This document shows positions 1-11,972 of a stretch of 64,000 nucleotides of DNA, one piece after another. The DNA is from Amphiscolops sp. MND2022 (Eukaryota). How positions within the stretch are numbered: the stretch's first letter is position 1; the number at the start of each line of letters is the position of its first letter. Position numbers and translations under genes: made by a program. Under the pieces are notes generated by a model, which searched no databases, had not been told where the DNA came from, and saw nothing but the letters and a program-made list of their open reading frames with translations. The stretch lies in the NCBI GenBank assembly GCA_964187785.1, contig OZ076412.1:74338001-74402000 (forward strand), read 5' to 3'.

Positions 1-75
1 GTTATCAGACATATAAAAACATGGGTTGTCGGGGTCCGAAAATCTTAGTTCAACCTACTGTGAGGGTTCGACAGT

Positions 76-250
76 GAGATATTTGGAATAAACAACAAAC
101 CGTCGTTCTCCACAGGAATGTGAATACAACCAGAATAAATATCATGATAACAGCGGGACTCGCCAGTATTGACACTAATAAGGGTAACAGAAGGGAGCTG
201 TGAGAAGGTTGACAATTGATATGAGACTTTGTTCTGCATAAACTTGCTAA
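76..250. repeat. Dispersed repeat, copy 1
   Basis: Diverged direct copy of about 5326-5465 (gagatat..aataaacaacaa.ccgtcg...gagc.gtgagaaggttgac). Confidence 0.65.
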
Positions 251-2448
251 TTTTGACCTACCCAAAAAACTCTGATTTTCTTCGGAAAGAACTCTGATTT
301 ATTCTTCCCCTATCATTCTTCAAAATATCATCTCCGAAACAGAAAACTCTCTCCAAGCTCGGTTGAGAGACTACAGTGATGACAAGGGTACTGAAACACA
401 AAGTTCGTAGATTTTTATTAGGCTTGATTTAAATAAAATCTCATTAAAACGTCAGTGAAACCGAAAACAAATACATTTTTGTCAGATTGCCCTCCAACAA
501 AAGCGTTTTTCTCGTTTACGCTCTTCAACGACTTGGGCACTCCAAATAGCACCAGCCCGAGACTGCAATTCGGATAACAAAAAGTTGGTGATATTTGGAC
601 TCCAGGAAGTGGAAGTTCCTTAATTCTCAGAGTCGACTAAAAACTGGAAAAGATTTGGTTTCATTCTTTTTCTTTCCTCAACGGTATTACATTCAAACTC
701 TTAAAGCTAACATAACAACGAGACCAGGAAAAAAGACGAGCGGGAGAAGTTCTGTACATACACAGGAACGCAAAAATGGAAAAAAAATTGTAGCCGACAC
801 GTTCTATAAGGAAAAACACCAGTGAGACACGGACATGCGATTGAGACAGTAATCAAATTTTTGAACCTATTCCAAGAGTTCACAGTTTTTACACTGTAGT
901 AGAATGTAACCCAGTCTATCCAAATTCTGCGAAAGTTACGAATGGATCTTGAGAAATTTATTGAGCTGAAATTGATCTTGCCAGTGTGGTGCCGAGTAGC
1001 TACGGAAATGGTTCAAGGCAAAGATTAGACCACATGAGTTTGTTGGACTTATGAGGATTGGGTTGTTAACATTAGATGACTTAATGCAAAGCAATCAACC
1101 TTGAGTCATGAAACACAGTAAAACAACAGTAGTAGGTCGCGAGTTATATCGAGGCTCAGAAAGACTCTATCTTCACGAAATTTGTTTTTCACTTTATTTT
1201 TCCGGACCGCCAGCTGGGTTTCATCTGAGGCGTTGTACACTGTTTCCAAACTGTCAAAAGAGACAGTACGGCGCTGGGGGATTGCCAGAGAAAAAGCATT
1301 TACGTTGCTCAACCTTTTGTTGATCTATACTCTTTTTCGTTTTCTTATTAGGATTTATTCCCTAACAAGATTAAAAAGATTAGGTACTTCCTCAAAGGTA
1401 GCTTCTCAGCCACTCAATCCATTTAATGAGTAAAACCAATTACGTATGAGGTGATAGTACTACGTGAATCAAAATTTTACACGGAAACAAGTCGTAAGTT
1501 TCTGCTCAGCATTACGATATATATGCCGCAACGAACTAGCAAGATCTTGCTAGTTCGATTAACAGCCAATAGAAACGCGTTCTTTCTACTGATACGCATT
1601 ACGAGATTTGCCCGTTACACTGTGTGATTTGGTGTTACGCGTAGTGATCAAACTACAGTAAATGACTACTTTACACTATCTACAGTTACGTACTTTGACT
1701 GGTTTCTACTTCACACACGAAGACGGAAGTTGATTATTTTACACATAATTCTGGTACACACTTTGACTGGAAATCTTTTTCAAAGTGAAAAACAATCAAA
1801 GTGTGTAGGTAAATGTAAAACAGTCAAACTAATTACCCACTGCAATTACAATGTGAAGCGTTTTTGTTACATAAGAAAGCAATACGATGTATCGTTTGTT
1901 TGGTGTAAAGTAGTCAAATTTTGATCACTTTCCCCGTTTTCAATGAATGAGTTTTCTAAGTACTCGAAAAGTATATTCTAGTCAAACATTGAATAAATTA
2001 CGAGGTAGATGTTTCTAAGTACTCTAAAGTGAATTCTAGTCAATGATTGACTAATTTACGCATTATACACGTTACGGAATTGAGCCAAATATAGGTTGAA
2101 ATTTTTGACTGGTTTCCACTTTTCTCTAATTGCTCTCAATGACCACAATCCGCAATTTCTGATAACACTGCATCAAAATTCAAGATGAACACTATGCACT
2201 GTTTGACTGGAAAACGATTCGCTCTCGTTTTACGGAAAAAACACTTTACACTCGTTGATAAATTCTACTTTTGCGGCATATGTATCGTAATGAGGAAGGA
2301 AAGACAATCGAGTGAACGAGTGAATTTACTACTGGCCTGAAATACATCAAATCAAAACAGAAAAAGCCCCATGATTATATGGAATTCAGGGCTGCAATTC
2401 AGGCGGTCAAAAACTGCTTCGAAACATGCTGAGTTCGGCCGAAAGAAA

Positions 2449-3218
2449 CAAGCCGGGAACGGCCCAAGTCGGCCCCATATCCAAGGCTCAAATATTGCAG
2501 AAGGACTTCAAAGTGTCAAAATATTCTCTTCTAAAGCACCCCAAAAATCCGAAAATTGGAACAGTTGGGGCGCCAGGGGAACGCTTTCATCCCTCCTGTC
2601 GCAAGTCATCAGAAAGTTTGAAGGGGGAACCTTCGGTGAAAAACAAAATTGAACCAAAGTTTCACAATTCCAAAAAAACTAAGAGAGGCATCTTTTGGTA
2701 ATTTTCAACATCCATTCAGCCGCAAAACTCCAGAAAAAATGAAGGCGGAACCTTTGCGGAAAACTTTTTTGTCTAAAAGAAGTCGCACTATGTTGAAATA
2801 AAGAAAAAAGATTGAGATAAAATATTACCGAAGTTTTATAAGTCGCATAGTGCCAAAAAGTGTAAAAGAAGGAACCCTTTGGGATTTTTGAACGTCCATT
2901 TGGTTGCAAAATATCAAAAAATTTGAAGGGAGGATTCTTGGGACACATTAGCGAAAAACAAAACATTTGCGAAAAAAGTCTCACAAAGCCAAAATTACAT
3001 GGACAAAAAAACTTGGTCATGGGTGAGACTTGACCCCAAGTCCTTTTGCTTGCTAGATATCAAAAACTATCCCAATTAACCATTATGGTAAGTGGCAGTA
3101 GAAGTTACAAGTGTGGCAGTTGGTGGACGCAGCTTATAAAGCTTATGAAATCTGTCACTTCGTTGGTCTTAAAAAAGACACTGCTATGGTCTGCGTTTGC
3201 AACAAAAAGCGCCGATTA
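2449..3218 (-). mobile_element. Non-autonomous Helitron2/Helentron-like element
   Basis: Reverse-complement homolog of 53162-53587. The end GCGCCGATTA pairs with the subterminal AGTCGGC near the other end; terminal hairpin; flanked by A-runs. Confidence 0.65.
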
Positions 3219-5325
3219 AAAAACCGGGCTGTTTCAACAGGCTTCAGCTTGCCTGGTTTTGGCATTAAATGAGGCTCGTCTCATCAGAGCAGAAAAGTAT
3301 ACGCTAAAATGACACGCTAATCGCAAAAAAAAAGATCCAAGAGATTATTTCCACAACTTGAACTCGACGTAAAGATGCAACGAGAGCTTACTAGACAATT
3401 ATTTGAGGGTTTGGAAAAACCACGCAATTTGGTTAGAAGTGAAAGAGCTGAGCAGAAATGACAGAAAAGCTGATCCGAGATTTGAAACAAAAGCACTTAG
3501 CACAACGACCGTTCACGCTCTACAAAATTTGTAGGGTAAGGAGACAGCGGACGAAGAAACAATTCGGAAAACGAGTGAAAAACTGGCTATAATGACACAT
3601 CCTGGCGTAGATGGATATGAAGAACATATCAAAGCAATGTTTAGGACAGTTACGGTTTGTCCTGCAAAGCCTCTAGATTTCTAAATGTCGCCTTCGAAGT
3701 TGAAAAAAGCAGCAGACGCAGACGAAAAAGAAGAACTATTTGGCAGATACAATCGGAGTGATCAAAATTAGGCCACAACGGGATAAATAACAAACTTTTG
3801 TAGCTTTATAGTTAGAGAGGTGAGAGGCCCGTGAGTGTTCACCTTGAAGTGAAACCCTCGGAAACGTTTCGTTCGAAAATGAAATTTGGGTCACGTCTGA
3901 GGGTATAATTTACCAACGTGCGTCGTTCTGGGCGAACGTGGGTCTCATAAAACAAAAGAAAACTGATTCCATTTCGAAGTTGAACAGTGATGCTTCACGA
4001 GAGATCACTGTCAATTTTAGCAATGGATTTTGCAAGCTCATGGTTGTGAAAAAAGAGGCCACAACGAATGAAGTTTTGTAAGGAGAGTTGATCGATGTTT
4101 CTGGGCAGTTGAATGGACAACTGAAATCTCAATGGCTTCAACAGTATATTGCACACCGCCTGTCGGAAAACGAATCCGTTCTTCACTTGAAGACTTTCCT
4201 CAAGCAGACCGGAACAGTTGGTTTGAAGCTCTAAAATCCCAGTTCTTTCTGTTGATGAATTAGAAGAAGTGTATGAAGAGGGACACAAAAAGTCTTTTGA
4301 AAATCTTTAGCGTCGAAATAGAAAAGTTGTTGCTTACGGGATGACTACAGGCGTGTCGCAGAGGAACACGAAGAATAAAAGCACCACCACCAGCTATTTA
4401 ACTCCAAAAGGATCAGCTGCAATGCAATGGTACACCACCCTACCCTCTATCAAACGTTTTTGATTCTTCAGATTTGTGGCGGACCAAATAACGGCCAATT
4501 TCTGGAAACGGAGTGTTCTAAGTCACCCGACAAAGTCGGAGACATGGAGGTTTTTGAACGGCTCCAACAAGTACATGTTAATCGTAACCGAACGTCACTG
4601 AAGTTTTTTGGCTCAAAGTCATTTTACCTAATTCCTTTGATCACTTGGTCATTTTTTGTAGAGCCCAACGTCTTCGATAAATGGTCACTTGGCTTAATAC
4701 GAAGTGAATGAAAATCACCGAGGAGAAAACGCGTGGCTATTTTTGTCAAAAATAATAATTTGTTCACACACGCCCTGAATGCAGGAACGAAGGGAAGCGT
4801 AGCGACGTGCAATTTGGTCATGCCTCATTGTTGCTACTCGGAGAAAGAAGGCAGAGGGCGTAGAGCCACGAGCCGTAGAACCAATATTCTTGTGATTGTT
4901 TGCGAATATGCCTATCTTGAAAGTTTCGTTGAAAATTCATTTCATTTCTTGTCTTTAATAGGGTGTTTTTAGTCATTGCCTGAGTTAGAATAAACTTTAC
5001 TTTATTTTCGGCCAAATGAAGCAGCAGAATTGTAAGTCAAGCGATTTGCAACCCCAGCACACCAAAGACTTGGAAGCCCTGAAGCTCGTGCAACCTATGA
5101 CTGCGAAGGAATAGAAGCAGCTCTTCTATGCTAACAAAGGATTTGACTGAAGTTTCAGTTCATTGTCTTGTGTAGTCAACTTCTTTCAGTTAAGGAAAAA
5201 CTATATTAAAAAATGATCAAAAGTCGAAAATTCAGCCTGCCTTTAATTGAGAAACAGAATATTGTTATCAAAAACATCAACACATGGATTTTCGTTGTTC
5301 GATAACCTTAGTTTAACCTAGTGTC

Positions 5326-5465
5326 AGTGTTCGAAAACGAGATATCTGTAATAAACAACAAGCCGTCGGGCTCGACAGAATTGACACTGATAAAGAGTTA
5401 AAAAGGAGCCGTGAGAAGGTTGACTTTTGATAAGATACTTTCCTCTACCTCAATTAGCGAAATCA
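5326..5465. repeat. Dispersed repeat, copy 2
   Basis: Aligns by eye to 76-250. Confidence 0.65.
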
Positions 5466-5674
5466 TCCTTAACAATAAAACTTTGTTTCATTTTTAAAGA
5501 AAACGTTAATTTATTCATCCCTCAAAATACTTCAAAAACGTACACAAACCTCTCTTCGAAGAAACAGCTTCATTAAATCATTCATTTCATACAATGATCC
5601 TCTGAAAACATTTGATGCTTCAAAAATACATCTATACATTCCACAATCTCTAATAGACAATAAAGTTTATGACA

Positions 5675-8600
5675 TTGTAGTTTTCCCTCACCCCTCCAGC
5701 TCGAAATGGTCGTAGTACATTGGGGAGGACTGTCAAAATCAAATGTTGACCCCAAGTTTCGCGGGGGGTCGCTTTTCTTTTTGGGCACGTGTGGGGGGAG
5801 CCGTTGATTGTCCGGAGGAGTCTGTGCTAGGGGCGACTCCTTGTCGTGTGACAGGGTTTCATTAAGTTTGTCACAACAATTGGACTCCGACTCATTGTGG
5901 GCTGATCTAGTCAAAAAATGTGGGACATGATACGTCTGTTCAGCAGAAGCTCGTTCTCATTTCTGTGGGATTCATTTGGAGGGCAGTTGCACTTGAGTGG
6001 GGTTTCAATTGTAACCTCCGAAGGTTTGCTTCCCGGTTGCCGTGTTTGCGGCTTTGTAGGTTGATCTTGAAGCTGTTCTCCTGGGTGAGTTTGTTGATTC
6101 GCCGGAGACGTTGATTGTTTTTAGAAGCTGGATAGTGCGGCTAACTACCAAGTTAGCAGTCTACAACAATTTTGTCGAATTTCCGCAGAAATTTGCGATT
6201 CCGGAGAGTAACTCTACCCGAGCCATCCATTCCACGAACTGTTTCACCTGGATCACAAGGCCCGTTCGATCCCCTCGCAGTGGTTGGTTACTTGTCTTGT
6301 TCTGGATGAAAACCGGGTTGCCAACTTCAAGGGGTTGCATCCGTACCGTGTGTCCGCGAGGCGTATATCAATTCTGACCTTTGTAGCACGAATTGCCGCT
6401 TCCCTGGACCTCGATATTTCGATACAGTTGTTGTGAGGTCTGTACGACCCGGGCAGAATTGGGATGAAGTCCGTTATGGGTCGTCCAAAGATCATCTGTG
6501 CTGGGGGTAAAACGAAATTGCGACCGCAGGTTAGCGGTTTTGAAGCATGCCTCTTTGAAAGTTATCAAGGTTAATCTCGACATTCGAGCCAATGTTGTCC
6601 ATTAGCATGCGCTTGCAGGTCTTGATCCCGAGCTCGGTGCGTCTTTTTGAACGGGCAAGCGCAACAGACGAGAGGCGATGGGCAGACCAGTTTGATAACA
6701 GTTGCTGTGTCTCCTCGTCCGTCAATTCAAATCCCCCATCTGAAGATAGTTCGTCTGCAATGCCGTTGGTGACGAACATTCCACGAATGCATTTTACAAA
6801 ACCCGAACAACCATTTTGTGACTGCTGCACAATCAGTCATCCAGAGTAGCGGTCCGCAACTACCACGTAAATGCATCCCTTGTAATGCAGCCAGCACTGG
6901 AAAGGGTAAACTGGTTTCTGTGCCGCAATCCGAGGGCCATTGGACTGACTGGGCGCACGCTTGCTACAAGATCGGCACCGGGACCTCCTTTTTGCAATAG
7001 CCAGCGTAAATCCTGGCCAGCAGACACTAAATTCCACGCTGGAAGTCTTGCAGAATACACCTTGATGAGCAGAATGTAGTGTGTCTAGCATGAGTTCTTT
7101 TTGTAGTGATGGGATAATTAGTGAAGGGTACCCATGTTGTATAAAATCACTCTATACACTGTGCTGAGTCCATCCTTGAATTGCAAGAATTCTCGAACAT
7201 CCGGGGCAAGATCCAAACGTAAGGTTGTGCCTGGAAACTGTCTTCGATCTTTTCTCGGAGATTTCACGTCCTATGGCGTAACGAACGTAGCGAGGTGGCA
7301 GCCTTCTTCTCGGATACCCGTTCTAAACATCGGTGATCGTCTTCAAGGTCCCTGAAGGTACCAGTGTCGCCTCGTCAAACGGAAATTGAGTGTATCCTGT
7401 GTTGTGTTTCACGGACGGCATGTTTGTTGAGCAACTGCCTGTCAACTGTGCGTTTTGGCTTGCCGTTTCTCTTCCGTGATGTGCCCATTCGATGGCACCA
7501 GATAACCGGTTTTTCCACCCTCTGGTTTTTCCGCCCTTAATAGGTTTTTCCAGCCTCCAGGACCCCGAATTCGACGTATCTGTCGAAAGCCACCTTCACT
7601 TCTTGTTGGGAGCGCGGTTGTCAGTTGCTGGGAACGGTAGAGGAGTTGGAAATGGTAACAGCTTGGTGCATAAAGGGCAGGAGCAGTCGCACTCCTCATC
7701 GTGTGGGCTTGCTAAAGCTGAAATAATTAACGTGGGTTGGTGAGTGGCTGATCCGAGGCGCAAATATTGGATCGGGATAATTCCCAGTGCTGTACAGGTT
7801 TCCTGACGCAAGTATGCACATTCTATCACGTCGGTCATTTAGCATACTTGTGCTGTCTAGGTAGGACAACTGCATCTAGAATTGAGATGAGGTCATGACC
7901 TAGAGCCGACAATTTTGTTTTTATGGAGATGAGGTCCGATTGTTTGAAACCCAGCCTCTGGATGATTCTGAACCCAACTAGAACAGACTGACAGCCAGTA
8001 TCAGCCGTCATGGCTATCGTTATCTGGCGTGTCCAAGTGTAAAGACGGTACCCCAGCTCCTCATTGTCTGTTGTGTGAATTTGGCCGGTGAGATAAACTG
8101 TCAGTTGTCTTGTGATCTAGCCATCTTTCTCGTCAAAATGTGGTGGTTAAGGCCGATCGCACGTTGACCTGTTTCATGAGGGGGGACCGTGCAGGCTGGT
8201 TTTCCGCATTTTCGGCATTAGACTAAAAGTTGGTCTTATTTGTTCGCCTGTTGGTACGAAGATAATGTCGAAGCGTTTGGAATATTGATCGTATCTTCCA
8301 GGGCCATGTAATGGTGGTTATGTCACAATACATCTTGCTGTTGCGAAGTCCTCTGATGAGGGCCTCACGTACCATTTCGTCGTTGTAAATAACTTCTTCA
8401 AATGGGTTGCAAGATTAGTTGTTGAAAAACTTGCAGACCTTAGCTTGACCTCGTAAAGCGGCAAAACTCCTAACAACGTCCTCTGTTTCCTGAGTCATTG
8501 TCAAGTGAGTCATCCTGCTCACCATGGCAATCTCAGCCTTCACGGTTAGAGTCTTGATTGCTGCCAGGGCTACTGTCTCGATTGCCATGGCGATGTTTGA

Positions 8601-9430
8601 GTGGGAGCGTTGGAGGTCCTTGCGTAGATTGTCTTCACAACATTCGAGAAGCTGTAAGGTGGCATCGTGGTCCGCTATGCGTGTGGCTGTATTGTAGGCA
8701 AAGTTTGTTACATATAGTTTTGTTCCTCAAGCCTGTATATCATCTCAGCTTTTTTCCAAACCTTGTTTCTTCCGGTCTGGCAGGTATGAGTTGCTTGGTG
8801 GTTGATTTTTGTGGCTACTTGGCTGGCAATGCTTGTGGCCGTCTTGTAGGCGTCGTACCTTGTGATGAAGTACTCCCATTCCTAACTTGTGCTCTTTTTA
8901 GACACTTTGGGCGAGACAATTTGTCTGGTTTAGCCTTTTGACAAGCGCCAGGTGTTTGACAATACCCGTGCATCGTGGAAAATGCCTTGACTTGAATCGT
9001 TTCAGTATCCCCGGCGGCGTGGGTACATCTTTCAATGGGGCAATTGAGCACCACTATACTAGTGGACACGTTGAGTAGTTGATTTCATGCTTGTAGCACA
9101 CGATACGTGATGCTACCAAGGTAGATATCGGAATGGGTTTGAAGTACACGTTACGTGATACTTCAAGGACAGATAAGGTAGAATATGCTTGAAGCATACG
9201 ATACGTGACACTAAAGGGTGGTATTCATGAGCAAGACTTTTGTAGGTCTGAACCAGTTCAGACTTCATTTTGGAGGAAAATGGGACAATATGCGAAAAAG
9301 ACAGTTGTTGTTAGAAATAAGATGGAAAGGAACGAACTGAAAGGATAGAAGTAGATGTTTTTTGTAGGTTGCAGGACGTTTTTAGATTGCAGAAGTTGCT
9401 CATTCACTTACTGAGAAGAGAAGGACCATA
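5675..9430 (-). mobile_element. Decayed, internally deleted Ty3/gypsy LTR retrotransposon
   Basis: Minus-strand remnants in gypsy order: gag (EMVREALIRGL, about 8360), protease ADTGCQS (7985-8008), RT N-half (IREEGCHLATFVTP, about 7270-7320), then a jump to integrase (LDTLHSAHQG; ELSSDGGFELT). PPT GGAGGGGTGAGGGAAAA at 5681-5698 is followed by TGTCAT. The 5' boundary and LTR pair are unresolved; a weak PBS-like TGGTCCTT lies at 9421-9428. Confidence 0.85.
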
Positions 9431-9579
9431 TAGAAACATTGTAGAAAAATGACATCTCTGAAAACCAAACCATTCTCTCCAAGCTTGGATGAGATACTTC
9501 AGATCTCAGCGTAGTTACTTCGGACAATTTGAATAAACATTGCGGAAGTACCTATTATTGCTGATAGTTGTGAATTTTG

Positions 9580-10280
9580 TCATCGGACATATCAAAACAC
9601 TGGTTTGAATGTTATCAACTGTCATCAATGCATATTCGGGTCTCAGTGGCTGAACGTTGTTCCTGAAAAGAACATAGACCTGAAACTTGATGATCAGCAG
9701 TATCAGGATTCTGATTGGTTTACGTCTTGGAGCCAATATCTGTGTTGCGCAAACGTGCCACTGCGTTGTGAGTGTTGAGCGGAACAGTTTACACGTCCTT
9801 CTTGCACCAAGAGAACTGGTCGCTTCAATTTTCATAAAGCAGACGTTGAGACCTCTCGACTTGCCTTCAATGCTCGAGCCGCGTGGACTCTACCAAACCG
9901 ATGGCGAACGCCCCGTCGGTGTCACCATGATTATTTGGGAAATATGTAAACAGCTCGTGTGGAAAATCACGGTTGTGGATGCTCCTGTACCCAGTCGTTC
10001 AATTCGAGGCCCCTTGTTCATCCCTGTTATCACCGCCACAGAGGACTAAGCACGTAAAATTGAGCCCTCTATTACGCACATAACATTTTTCAACCTGTGG
10101 TGATGGAAAGACAGGGTTCTTTGGGAGAGATCACTGAACATTTCTTCATGCTTCGCTGTTAAATGCTCTGTCGTTCGCTCGACGATCACCGAGTTGGCAG
10201 TTTTTTGAAGCAAATAACCTCAATGGCTCTTCACATCAACAATGCGGCCTGTTCTAGGAACTGTGAGCAACAGAGATGCT
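9580..10280 (+). mobile_element. 3' fragment of a CRE-clade (restriction-like endonuclease) LINE
   Basis: SGQWLNVVPEKNIDLKLDD, IGLRLGANIC, LEPRGLYQTDGERPVGVT (decayed RPDG), VLGT C-terminus; the tail resumes at 14428 beyond the gypsy. Confidence 0.8.
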
Positions 10281-10428
10281 TGTTTTGAATGTGATATATA
10301 TGTAGGGATTAACGCTGGTGTATAATGTAGTTGTGTTATTTTTGTTAGCCTAATTGTTGTATGTATGCTTCAGATGAATGCTTATCAAATAGAAACTTTA
10401 TACAAGTAGTGTTTTCCATCGCGAAACT
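10281..10428 (+). repeat. 5' LTR
   Basis: Diverged direct repeat of 14276-14427. Confidence 0.85.
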
Positions 10429-10446
10429 TCTCTTTGATATCTCCTA

Positions 10447-10980
10447 ATGTGTTATCACCTCTTCAACACCTCGCCCACTCGTAACCTGATTATCACAGAT
10501 TCACAGGGAAGGAACCTGACATTCCGTAACTTCAATATCCTCGTCTTACCAGGTGCACAAGTTGAACACGCGAGACCCTTCTTACCTGCAAAGGTCGGTA
10601 CGATCTGATCGTGCACATCGTCGGAGGCAACGATTTACCAACCGGCAACACTCAAACAATTGCCAGGAACATCCCCGACCTTGCTGTAGCAGCCTCTGAA
10701 GTTGCACTCAGAATCTTCGTTATCGCGGTTCCTCCTCGGTTAAACATCCCTGACCAAGCCAAAGCAATAAAGCGACTCCTAGAAAGCAACAACGATCGCC
10801 GGTGGTTTTACAGAGGCATATCCCCAAGCATCTAGAGCGTCGAAAAGCATACTATCAGAGAGGATATCAACCTTGAGCTAAAAGCCATCAGTGGAATTCG
10901 CTCTATATTAAAGGACCGAATGCTTCGGAAAGCCTTCTGCCCCCAGATCGACAACCGAGGACACCCCCAAACACAAACAT
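10447..10980 (+). pseudogene. SGNH/GDSL-hydrolase-like extra ORF inside the gypsy element (frameshift and stop)
   Basis: LIITDSQGR (block I), LPGA (block II), YDLIVHIVGGNDL (block III); block V histidine not seen (EDINL). Confidence 0.65.
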
Positions 10981-11056
10981 AAGAGTGCCGTCGGGGTTAT
11001 TGCACCTGTCCGCGCTAGGTCACGTTAGCTGTCTTCAGGTAAGCTACTTCACTTAT

Positions 11057-11182
11057 CTGCTACTACGGTACTTCCTTAAGTTCCTCGTAGCTGTTGTCCT
11101 TTCTGCTACTACGGTACTCTCTTAAGTTCCTCGCGCTATCGTCTATTCTGCTACTACGGTACTTTCTTATGTTTCTCGTAGC
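11057..11182. repeat. Minisatellite, about 2.8 copies of a 45-46-bp unit
   Basis: TCTGCTACTACGGTACT...CTTAAGTTCCTCG occurs three times. Confidence 0.9.
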
Positions 11183-11218
11183 AATTACCTATGCGCTGTA
11201 TTCCTTCTTCTGTCTCTC

Positions 11219-11758
11219 ATGAAGTTCAAACCACCCACCTTGCCATCAAATCCTTTCCTAGAGAAGTGGAAATGGTGGAAGCAATGTTTGAAGGACGGTT
11301 TACTTATCGACGGCTCATCCGAAGATGCTGACAAGTTAGTTTTCCTTCGTACATTTGTCAGCTGCGACTATTTCATCCGCCTTGTAAGTTCTGCAACGTT
11401 TGGACACGCACTGAGAACGTTGAACAGGCACTTTCTGAAGCCCGCGAGAGTGCCCTTCGCCCGTCATCAAATGCTCAGTGCCAGTCAGATGGACGACGAA
11501 TCCATCGTACAGTTTTCTGGAAGGCTGAAACGACTAGTTGAAGACTGCGAATGCACCAGTCTGAGCATCCAAGCACACAACGACTATCTAGTACGAGACG
11601 CCCTAATATCAGGGTTCAGGTCTGACGATGTTCGGGCAAGACTATTGGAGCTGGAAGACTCTAAGGCCAACATCGATAGTTGCATCTCGCTTGCGTGTGC
11701 AATCGACCTATCCAGTGACTTTCGAAACCTTTTCGAAGCGATGAATTTTCAACTGTAG
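11219..11758 (+). pseudogene. gypsy gag remnant
   Basis: WKWWKQCLKDGL, QMDDESIVQFSGRLKRLVEDC, LVRDALISG; premature end. Confidence 0.8.
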
Positions 11759-11972
11759 CTGCGGCAAAGCCGTTCTCTCAGACAACCCGGCGACAACTTG
11801 ATCGACCTGGCACCCCGCTGCCCAACAGGTTGCGAACAAGCTTCGTCCGCGCTGTCAGGTCTTCGTTCTAAAACAGCACCCATAATCAAAGTGCCCAGAC
11901 AAAAAGGACACTTGTCACAAATGCTCCGAAGCAGGACACTGGGCGTCGGTATGTAGATCGACCGCTGTCGTC

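Noticed and set aside
3995-4821. LINE endonuclease/linker remnant on the minus strand (LLGDFHSL)
   Set aside because: A single weak motif with no RT nearby; too decayed to call without a search.
9430-9560. 5' LTR of the minus-strand gypsy
   Set aside because: I could not align it convincingly to the sequence left of the PPT at 5675.
11057-11182. CRISPR-like repeat array
   Set aside because: The units are contiguous with no unique spacers, there are no cas genes, and the context is eukaryotic.
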